Origin: Gordius albopunctatus
Lineage: Eukaryota
Assembly: GCA_964276515.1 (NCBI GenBank)
Contig: OZ193909.1
Span: forward strand, 14,818,001-14,882,000
Length of the DNA: 64,000 nt
Direction of reading: 5' to 3'
Positions 13,124 through 24,173 of this stretch are shown in pieces. Position 1 is the first letter of the stretch. Every line of letters starts with the position of its first letter. Under the pieces are notes generated by a model that was not told the DNA's origin, did no database searches, and saw only the letters and a program-made list of their open reading frames with translations. The position numbers were made by a program, and so were the translations under genes.

Positions 13124-15405
13124 CAGACGCCCTAAACAGTGTTAGAAGATTAATGGAACGGTTTAAAAAAAGGGAAGAGGATTTATTAAAGGGCCTTAAA
13201 GGGCAAAAAGTTCAAAGAGTAGCCGCTACTATACAATGGAGGAAACTAAAGGATAATATTCAACATTTTCAGGAACAAGTAATTAAACTTGCTGAATTTA
13301 AGGAAAATACTTCATGTGAGGATCAATGGAATGGTATAGCTGCCACAATACGAAAAGCGGGACGACAAATACTAGGTGAAAGCAAGCCCACTAAAGGAAT
13401 TCTCAAGGAAACGTGGTGGTGGAATGAAGAAGTGCAAAAATGTATCAAGGAAAAGAAGAGATTGTACAAAGTTTGGTATAAAAGTAAGCATAGTAATGAT
13501 AAGCAAACTTACCAAGTAGCTAAAAGATCGGCAAAAAGATTCGTAGCGAAAGCTAAAAACAAGGTGTACGACGATATAAATGTAAAACTAAACTCAAAGG
13601 AAGGAGAAAGATTGATCTACAAAATCGCTAAGTCAAGGGCCCGAAATTCTAAAGATTACCTAGAATGCCGGCTAATTAAGGGTCAAAAGGGAGAAATACT
13701 AACACACGACAGCCATATACTACGAAGATTGTACGACTATTATAGCGATTTATCAATTGAAAAGGGGCCTGTAGTCAAAGACACTAACCAGGAAAATACA
13801 ATAGGAGAATTAAACACAGCGGACTGGATCACGGAAACGGAAGTGAAAGTTGCTATGAGTAAACTAAAGTCAGGAAAAGCTCTTGGACCCGAAATATACC
13901 GATAGAAAGCTTCAAAGCGTTAGGCAATACTGGTGCACAATTCCTCGCCAACCTTTTCAACAATATCTTGAAAACGGATGTAATGCCTAACGAGTGGAGG
14001 GATGGCTACATGATCCCGATATACAAGATGAAAGGGCACATTCAGGATTGCAACAATTACAGAGGGATAAAGCTTATGAGCCACACTTTCAAGGTGTGGG
14101 AGAAAGTGATCGAAAAACGGCTTCGGAGTTTGGTTCAAATTCGAGATAACCAATTCGGATTTATGCCGGAGAGGTCTACAGCAGACGCCCTAAACAGTGT
14201 AGAAGATCAATGGAACGGTTTAAAGAAAGGGAAGAGGATTCGCACATGTGTTTCATCGATCTTGAAAAAGCTGTTGATAAAGTAACTCGTAATTTAGTTT
14301 GGAAATGTCTTGAAGAAAACAATGTGCCAAAAGTATACGTCAGAGCAATAAAAGATATGTAAAAGGGAAATAGAACGTACGTTAGAACAACGGTGGGGAC
14401 TAAAAAAGGCTTTGCCATCAACACCGGAGTTCATCAAGGTTCAGCTCTTAGTCCCTTCCTATTCATAATGATAATGGATAATATTACCAAGGATTTGGGC
14501 GAGGAAGCTCCTTGGGCAATGATCTTTGCAGACGATATAATCCTCTGTGCCAAAAGCGAACAAGAATTGGCTAACACTGTATATAGATGGGTAAATGCAA
14601 TAGAAGAAAGTGGTCTCAGGGTAAATAGAAAGAAAACAGAATACATGAAGACAAAGTTTAAATCGGATGAAAACCAGCAAAGTGCATCCCTTAGTTTAGG
14701 CGATTGGCAAATTACAAGTGTGGATTCCTTCAAATATTTAGGATCAACACTTCAATCGGATGGTGGAATGGATAAAGAAATCCAAGCAAGAATAAATTCC
14801 GGATGGCTCAAGTGGAGGGACCTGACAGGTGTTCTGTGTGACAAAAATATCCCGAGAAAACTAAAAGGCGGACTGTATAAATCCATCATACAGCCAACAG
14901 TCCTGTATAGCTCGGAATCATGGGCTATACGTAAAAGAGAAGAGCAACGTCTTGCAGCCATGGAGATGAGAATGCTAAGATGGGTGCTAGGAGTAAGCAA
15001 AAAGGACCATAGGCGAAATGAAGAAATAAGAAGAATTTTGGGTACTACATCAATTGCGACAAAGCTCCTAACAAATAGACTAAGATAGTATGGCCATGTC
15101 GAAGGAAGAGACGATATCTACGTAGGAAAGAAAATCGAGTTGATAAATTTCGCATGAAAACGAAGGAGAGGAAGACCCAAGCTTACCTGGATTCATACAA
15201 TACGGCATGATATGAAAGTCCACAAGATAAAGAAAGATCTATGTAAACATAGAAACAAATTGAAACGAATACTGAAAGGACTGACCATAAGCCTAGGTGA
15301 CAAGCAGTCATAGAAAGAAGAAGAAGAAGAAGAAGAAGAAGAAGAAGAAGAAGAAGAAGAAGAAGAAGAAGAAGAAGAAGAAGAAGAAGAAGAAGAAGAA
15401 GAAGA
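13124..15405 (+). mobile_element. 5'-truncated RTE-clade LINE with frameshifted RT and (GAA)n tail
   Basis: ORFs 13051-13905, 13968-14285 and 14393-15088 give WWWNEEV, GKALGP, NYRGIKL, QFGFMP, GVHQGSALSP, FADD, FKYLGS. (GAA)n tail at ~15316-15406; candidate TSD agggaggg at 13116-13123 and 15406-15413. Confidence 0.92.
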
Positions 15406-15406
15406 A
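15316..15406 (+). repeat. (GAA)n microsatellite, about 30 units, forming the RTE 3' tail
   Basis: Direct reading of the sequence; it lies immediately after the RTE 3' UTR. Confidence 0.95.
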
Positions 15407-15496
15407 GGGAGGGTGAAAACGTTTTAAGAATTTTGTAAATTTTTAAGGGTTTTTGCATTTAAATTTTTTTTCTCATTTAAGGGGGGGGGGGGGGGG

Positions 15497-15698
15497 TAGA
15501 GTTGTTATATTGCTAACTTTCTTCAACTCCATCTACCATCTGCTCGAGTTTCTGCTCGGCCCTCGAGCATTTTTATATCCTACTGCTCTGCCTAGTGTAC
15601 CAAAAGCGAGCACATATTGTGCTAACGCGAATATTAAGCAACTCAGTGTGCGTGCTCGCGTCTGGAGTTTGAAGAAAGTTAGCAATTTAACAACTCTA
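15497..15698. mobile_element. hAT MITE with long TIRs (TAGAGTTGTTA family)
   Basis: ~35-bp TIRs tagagttgttatattgctaactttcttcaactcca / tggagtttgaagaaagttagcaatttaacaactcta, flanked by G-runs (TSD gggggggg). A second copy lies inverted at 48901-49103. Confidence 0.9.
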
Positions 15699-18600
15699 GG
15701 GGGGGGCCTAAACCCAAGGGTTATCTACCTAGACTGATGCGTTCCGCAGTTGAATGGTTGCCACGCTACCACCATCCTCTGTTGATCTTTTTTTATAATG
15801 GATACCCATCACTGCCCGTAATCTAACTAATGTAGAGCAGACGTTCCGATTCAATTTTGGCTAAAATATTACATTGACGGAATAATTGGCGGTATTTTAA
15901 ATATGATTTTCTTCGTGCTCTAGAAGCATTATTCTGTATGAAATATAGCTCATATAACTGCATTTCAAGTTTGTCGGTTAACCATTGTCTGCATTTAGCA
16001 ATCTTTTTATACTTTTAATATTAATAACCGAACTTGATAAAAATAGCAAAAAAGTACGAAACGTGGGAAGGTTTTTTAAAGCGCGCGTTATATTTATTTA
16101 AGAAAACGGTGATGTTTTACGGTATCGAGAATATTTATTTGTTACAGCTTTATATATTGTAAAAAAAACGGACGTAGTTGAGTAAAAAAATTGAGACACA
16201 AACGACCAAGCAATCGTGGAAAAAAGTTTAAGGCAAAAAGTAGCGCCATAGCGATAAATGAGTGCAAATAACGTAGTATCTCTCGTCCGCTAGATGGCGG
16301 TAAGTACTAACAAAAAACAGGGTTACCGCTGTTGAGTGTCGATAAAAAGATGAAGGCAATGATCTGGCCAAATTTGGTGGCAATCGGTCGAGAACTTTAG
16401 GAGTTATTAGAGAACAAAGAAAAGGGAGTTACATTTTTATATATATAGATATCCATTTTAAAAAAGAATTAATATATTATGTATTTCTTGGTGACAAACA
16501 TAGTAATGCTAATTATTTAAAGATTTTATACCATTCATTTAAAGCTAATTGCTCAAAAATTGATGCTTAGATGTATCTGCACTTTTACCTGGATTAAAGT
16601 GTGGAAATGTGTATGTTCGATATCTTATATAGGTGTAGTTAGCATTGGAATTAGAGGGAAGCAATAATGATTTAGGGAGGGGCAGAATGAACATTTTTTA
16701 AAATTTTAGCCAAGGTTTTAATGAATTCAACAAATTTTTGGTGTTGGAGGGGGCGAGGCAAATGTCCCTCCCTGCCTCCCCCTGGCTAATCCTTGCTTTG
16801 TACCCATTTATAGAAGCGAATTAATAGTATGTTATGTTATATGTTAAATTAATAAAACAAACATGCGATAATCAAAGCAATTTTTAAATAATTATTTGAT
16901 TTAAACTACAAAGTATAAAGTCATTTATAGAAGCAACTCAAATTTTATTAATTGCTATGCAATTTTTTTACTCATTTAAACATATATTTACACATCTTAA
17001 AGGCTCTGCTCGCATAAAATAGTTAAAAGCTTAAATGTAAGTAGAAATATCATACAAACTAAGAAAGTTTTCTGTTTAAACTTGTTAATTGTAATTAAAT
17101 GACCAGATGTTTTAATTCAAAGCATTGAGAATTAATTCATCCTTCCTTAAATTGGCTTTAAAAAGTAAAGAAAAGCCATAAAAGACTCGAGATTCTCTTT
17201 TGTATGCTAATTTATATTGCAATAAGAGTCGTGTTTTAAAATTTTAATTTTTTTCAATTAAACTTGCTATTATTAACGTAATGTATCCACCCTCTTACTT
17301 TAAATTTTTATATAATTAACAAAATTGTGTTTAAAATATATTAAAATATCATGACTCTAATTTTTGCTGACCCTCATAATAAGACAATGTCATACTTTAA
17401 ATTTTTTGTTAAATGACATGAATGTTATTGATAGGTAAAATCAAAAAATGATGGAATGATTAAAAGTCAATAAAGCATTTAGTAAGCTTATTATTTTATT
17501 TGTAATACGGTATTAAACGTTTTAGCAAAGTCTTCGTCGTATTCGTTATAAAATATGCTTTTTTAAAAGTTAAGGTAAAGTTCTCTACAAACATTTTTTA
17601 TTTGGTTGCTAATTAATTATATCAATGGCATCTGTCTTATTATCAATATTTTAAGTTTCACAAAGAGATTTCTCTAATAAAAAACTACTTCGCGTTCAGT
17701 TAATATACATACTGATTTCTTTGCCCAGCAAAATTGCAAAAACATCAAACAACTATTTTTGGTTGTAAAAGATGGCTGACAAGTCTTTTAAATAGGAATA
17801 TTCAATTTTAAGGAACGGCGTTTTTGTAAATTTCTTTAAAATAACGCCTCTTAACTACTACAAATTAACGCTGGACCTTAATTTTATAACCATTTTTGGC
17901 CAAAATGCTGATGATGTGTAAATACTTCAGCACAGTAAAATGATTCCTTTTTTGCTTTCAATGACTATTTAGTCACTACTCACTCACTTGATGTTAAGTC
18001 TAGTATGGGCTTAGCCAGGAATTAGGGGCAAATTAATGCTTTGTCTAATTTAAATTTAAAACTTTTTGTTTCAATGATGTCGAGGGGATGGATAACTACC
18101 CCCTCCTGGCTATAACCCCAATATTTTTATTCGTGCGTGCTTAATATTAGTGAATAAATAAGGTTTTAGAACTGGCGTCGTTAATAGAGTTATCGATCGA
18201 CATTTAGTTGAGACCTCCTAGCCTAGGCAAACTATTACAAAGTACTACTCTACACAATTTGTACTTTCCCATCTTAATTTTATTACTAGTAAGCTAGACG
18301 ATTCATCTTCTCACGAATTAAAATATTTTGTCCACATATATATTTTAAATTATAAATTTCTATTATTGAACGAAACTTTATCCATATACCAAAATGTCAT
18401 TTTTTCTCATTCGGGCCAGGCCATGTCCGCTGCAAAAAGACATCGTTTAAATCTCATATTAACGCATTATATCATTTGTATTTTGACGCACTATATCATT
18501 TTCCGCTGATTTTAACAATAACAGATTAAATGAGAGGTGAGGGCATTGCACTAATTTTTTTCTGAACAAGACATTCATATATATTTCACACATGGGCGTA

Positions 18601-20495
18601 CCCAGGTTTTGAATTGGGGGGGGGGGGGGCAAAACGTTTAAAAGTTCATTTAGAGGGGGGCAAAACATAAAAAAATTTAATTTTTCAATGTTTTTGCATT
18701 GAAATTTTTTTTCGTAAATTAATTTGGGGGCACCCGTGAGCCTCCTATTCAGAAATTGTTTAAAAACTTATATAAGTCTGCAAGGATTTTTGGATTTTTG
18801 AGCCACAATTAAATTTTGATCCTGTCCTGGCTATTGAAATTAAACGAAATTATATATAAACACGAACACGATTTTTTAGTAACTTTTTTATTTTGGGGCT
18901 AGTTTGCTAATGCAAATTAATCCTTTTCTCAAAGCCTAATATAATTCCCAAGCCCTCAATTAAAGCTATTGTCACATTTTCTAAATTCAGGTATTAATTA
19001 ATGTGCAAAAATCCTAATTACAGAATTATAATTTAACAAAAAATCACCCAATTTAAAAAAGAATGCATATACAAACATGGTTTACTAGCTTCATTATTTT
19101 ATCTAGCTCAGAATAGCATCTGCAGCATATGTGAAAAAATTTGAATTTTGAGAAGGGCAGACACAATAGCACATTAATCATTTTTTAACAATTGATAAAT
19201 CTTAACTGGCAAAATATGAACTTTCATATCTTATCTTAACTAAAAAAATTTAAATACCTAACTCCACTATATTTTATAAGGTATGTTTAGAGTACGCATT
19301 GTGAGGTAAGCTATGGCATAAAAATTAAACCTGATTGGTGATTGATTTAATATTTTGAAATTAAGAATGAAAGAAAATAGAATCTACAGTATTTTTCGGT
19401 TAGGCATATCGAACAGGCCTAAAATTTAGCCTTTTTAAATATTTTTAGGCTTTTAAGTAAAATTTAGAGTTTGGAAATCATTATTTGATTGATAAAATAT
19501 GAATTAAAAATGAAAAGCAACAACTCCCACCCCACACCTTAAATCCCTATATTTAGTGAAAGTGGCTAAATAAGCTTCTTTTCCTCATAAATGTAATCAA
19601 GGAAAGGCAGAATGGGTTCTTATAAATTTTATTTAACAGAATTTAGTTTAAAACATCAAAAATCCTTTTTATTACCCTCGAACTTAGGCATGACCTGTTC
19701 TTCTAAAGGGGAGAGGAGGGGTTGCGGTGATTTAGAAAAAATCGAAACGTATATGCTCAATGGTTTGAACGTCATAGTCGGTTCGTGTGATGTGTTATCA
19801 GTTCAATGGATAAGCCCAATATATTGGCTAGACTACATGGGCGTAGCCGGGGGGGGGGGGGGGTAGAAAGGGGCGGCTGCCCCCTCTAAAGTTGTTTGTG
19901 TTATTGTTTATCTACTCTACTACTAACTCCACTACTACTATTACCAAAAAAAACAACACACACTTAATTCCTAGTGCTGAAGAGAAGGGAGGGCGACGTC
20001 AAGTCTGGGGTAATTTGTCAATGTAAAAGATAGGGACAGTTAATTTTGTATATAATTTAAAAAGTAAATGTGCTAGGATAAAAAAATTGTGAATACATTT
20101 CTCTCCCATATATCTACGAATTAAATCTATTAAACAAAATTTTTAACGATTAATTTGCAAGTTATTGACGTTTGAAAAAAGCTAAAATCGCGTTTTTGGC
20201 AATTCTGACAGCGACTATTTAAAAAACTTGACGTATAGGGAAAAACTAAAAACATATTTGTGTTCACCGTAAAAAACTCTACCAGAATCTGCAAACAGTT
20301 TGCCGGTTGACTTTTCTTGTTGAACAGTGTAATTATTGTCCCCCCTCTAATTCCAATGCTGGCTACGCCCATTAGATATAGACATAAGTATTTCCTTTCC
20401 CTTGAAAGCAAGAAATAAGAAGGTGGGCTCGACAAAAACATAACACATGTTAAGCTTTTGTGGTTAGTTTTTTATGAGGCAAATTAAAAATTTCT

Positions 20496-20757
20496 GGTGG
20501 CCGGTCAACTTGCCGAAAACCATCTTGCCAATTTGAATGTCCCAACGTTAAAAAATGTCCTCCAATTAGAAAATGTCCTCCAACAAATAAGCATATTAAT
20601 CATTCAATTTTGGATTCAAGTTAAAATTTAGGTATTTTTATAATAAAATTGATAATTATTATAAAAGGTACACAATTTAGGGCCTTCTTTATGATTATGT
20701 TCGTTAGTGTCCCAGATGAAGTCGGCAAGATGGTTTTCGGCGAGTTGATAGGGCCCC
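20496..20757. mobile_element. MITE with 9-bp TSD (same family as 2675-2802)
   Basis: TIRs ggtggccggtcaacttgccgaaaaccatcttgcc / ggcaagatggttttcggcgagttgatagggcccc; flanks aaaatttct/ataacttct (7/9). Confidence 0.75.
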
Positions 20758-23700
20758 ATAACTTCTTTGTTCCTTATATGAGCATCATTCAAACAGACAT
20801 TTGGACGCTATGGAATTTATAGATTGTACAGGTTCAATTCTTTTATTTATAAAATATTTAAATAAAATGCCTCCTATATGAACACCACGAAATAGATGAA
20901 AAACAATGTAATGTTATTGAAACACCACGAATATTTTATAATTAAATGATGCAACCAATTAAAACTATAATATGGCATTTCAATTATATGATATGGAGTC
21001 CCAAAAAATGCCTTTCATGAATTGTTAAAAGTAGTTAAGGGGATGTAAAGAATTTATCTAATTTTAAAATGGACACAATATTTGCTCTTATATCAGAATA
21101 ATTTCAGAAATTAAAGTCAGAAAGAATCTTTACGTGCAGTTTTACTAAAGAATACTTACAATTAGAATTAATATAATATAAAAAACTATATTTGTCTGGG
21201 TATAGGGAATAAAAACTAGACATCGTATGCTTAGGCTCTTAAAACCAACAGTTTAAGCGCCTAAAATAAGTTATTTGATTTAGGCATTTAAAAGTAAAAA
21301 ATATATAAATAATAATTACAAAAATTTAAACATTCTTGTAGGCAAGCAAACGCCTAAATTTTAAAAACAATCTGAATAATATCATTTTAATTTGCTTGGC
21401 GTTACATGATATCAATTTTTTGGTTTTTGTGACTTAAAATTAATTTATACCTTGAAAAAGAGCGTTTTACGAAAACCGGACAGTATTTTAATTTCCTCAC
21501 AACTAGCACTTAAAACACATTTTTGATTTCTTCTTATAAACTTCCTCTTCGCCTTTTACCACAGATTAAAGAGCTTATTAGGTAATTTGGAAAATAAGTC
21601 TTTGAAATAAATAATTCACCATTTACTTGAAAAGCTAGCAAAAAATAATCTCGCCATTCTTCAAATATGCACGAAGTTATAATTGTTAAAATTTGGCATA
21701 ATTAGAATACTACATTCAAAAAGAATAAAAAATAATTATTACTTAAGAATAAGCAAAAATAAGCATTTTAAGGCATAGAATTCGTTTATTTATTCCATAA
21801 TTCGTTTATTTATTCCATAATCATATGAAATGAAACATCTAGATAACAAAGTTGAAGTATCAGTGATAAAAAATTATTTAATTCATTGATGTTGCATTTT
21901 ATTATATCCTTTAAGATGTAAATTTATATCGGTAAAATATTATTTCTGAAATTGGTTTACGAAACATGGTAAATAATATAAAAACGCTGGAGATTTTAAA
22001 ATGCATGTACCATAACTAATTTTAATCAAGCTTTCTCAATATTTTACTCAAGAACCACGCGTTTGTCCTATATTTATTTGGTCAGGCAGAATTTGCATTT
22101 AAATAATTTGTTGATCAATTTGCAATTTCGGATTATGGTGGCTAATAAATATATTTTATTAAACTGTGAATCATTCTATTGGTTGCTATGCAATTTATGG
22201 GATTTTACTACATTCTACAACACTACCACTATTTTAATGCAATTTTAAGGTAAAAACGGGGGGGGGGGCAATAATCATTATAGGAGGGGCAACATAATTT
22301 ATAAATATTTCGCCATAATTTGATTATACATTAATTCCCCCCCCCCAACTTGTGATATGTTCGCAATGGTTAAAAAAACGAAGGAGCATATTTGTTTTTT
22401 CCACATACATAAAATGGACCTTATGCAAGTTATTCAACTGGCAGAAAATATTATCATTTAAGTAAAATTAAATAATGGCTGAAGCCAAAGCAAAATTATG
22501 AGTTTGATTTGAAAAAATTCTCAAGTTGCTAATAAGCAAAATTATACGGTAACTCAATCTCTTTACTTGACATTTTTTAATTACCTTACTACTAAACGTA
22601 TAAATTAACTTTCTATATCACCAATTAATGCGTGCTTGTGTTAAGATCAATAAAATATTGCTTATAATATAATTAGCTATAACAAGCCTATAAATATTTT
22701 GAGATGAAATTATTACATTAAAATTATTTATTTCGACATTCAATACAACTTATCGAAATTAAAATTGGCAGAAAAAGATTAAATTTATCTGGGCCACCTA
22801 TTCAGGCTAGCTAGGCTATTTTGGTTTGGTGCCTTCCTTTTGTTTTTGTAAAGAAATTTTTGAAAACGAAGGATGGAATGAATTAGCAAAATAATTTTTT
22901 AAGCTTATTGGATCTAGAGGGGTGCAATAATGATTTAGGGAGGGGCAAAAAGATAATTTTTAGTAATTTTAGCCATAATTCGATCAAAGTTAGGAAAAAA
23001 GTTGGATTTAGAAGGGGGCAGCCGCCCCTCCCTGCCACCCCTGGCTACGCCCATGCTTAAGATTGCGAAACACATTTTTTATTCGATACTTGTATGACTA
23101 TGATGCTTAACTAGGCTTTAGGAGAGGAGAGTCGTTGATAGGAGGGGAGACGTCATTCAAAAGCTATCACCCTGTTTAAAGGGTTGCATAATTTATGCTA
23201 TGACATTTGATTTGCCAGCCAGCCAGCCAGCTAGAAGAGCCATAACAGCATAACGATATTTCATATACTCTCTCCTCTAGTTATGCAACACATTTAGCTC
23301 AAAAACAGAAAGCTACCACCCCTCTAGCTACTGGTGTAGGCGAATAAATAGAGAAAAAACAATTTATGGGTGGGCCTTAGGGGGAGGGGGGGGGGTTCAG
23401 CCTGGCCTGGTAAAAGTAAATAAATAAATCCTTATTATTTTTTTGGTACACAAAACAACACAACCAGCCTCACTCTTCTTATATATGCTCTCTCCCTCTC
23501 GCTCGCCTTCCATCCATATATTTTTCTCTCTCTTCGCGTCACAAACATAGCACACGCAAAAGGCAGGAGGGGAAACTTGGGAAATTTATTGATTTTTGCG
23601 GTTGTCTCCGGAAATCGTAAAATTTACAAATGAAACCTAAATTTATGCGTTCGTTCGGATTTTGGCTTTTAAAATAAATCAAAATATTATTTTCAGACTT

Positions 23701-24173
23701 CAATTTTATTTAGTTAAAGCGCGAGCGCGAATGAAAAAAAGGCATAGAGGCAGGCCTATCGATTTTAACACCCCTAGGCGGACCTTTAATTCTTATATTC
23801 GATGCGTGTATCACGCAACTCAACTCGAAAATAAATAAACACTACCTACCCATCCTATATAATGAGGCCGACCCCCTTTCAAAATCTACTGCTAAAGCAT
23901 TACAAAAACTAAGATTGAAATCGCAGTCGTAATTTGTAATTCGAAACTTTTTGTCGCTTTTTAACACGTACGCGCTCAGGCGGTACCACAAGAAAGATAG
24001 GGCCTTAGCCTGATGCTTCTCCTTTTCCTACAAACATAAATCCATCATATCAAGATGGATAAATCAAATTTTTGAAACAACCGAGCATTAAAATGGTTCG
24101 AGGCTTGGGCGATTCCAAGATACATATAATATCCCCAAATCCAATACAATAACCATTCATTAAAAGCTTATCG

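Larger units (their letters stand above)
10734..16449 (-). mobile_element. Helitron (degenerate Rep/PIF1-helicase) with both termini and nested insertions
   Basis: On the minus strand the 5' end is A|TCTATATATATAAAAATG (16449), and the 3' end has the hairpin GCCAAAGC-AAC-GCTTGGC then CTAG|T (10734). Rep remnants: AKIESERLLYI, DGYPLY, VDNPWV (15715-15990). Helicase remnants: GGTGKTFLL (~12790), GDFRQTLPV (~12440), PPHILHLKIG...PKLCNG.RL (11786-12172). Confidence 0.88.

Noticed and set aside
15183..15458. Poly-leucine ORF
   Set aside because: It is the antisense reading of the RTE (GAA)n tail.
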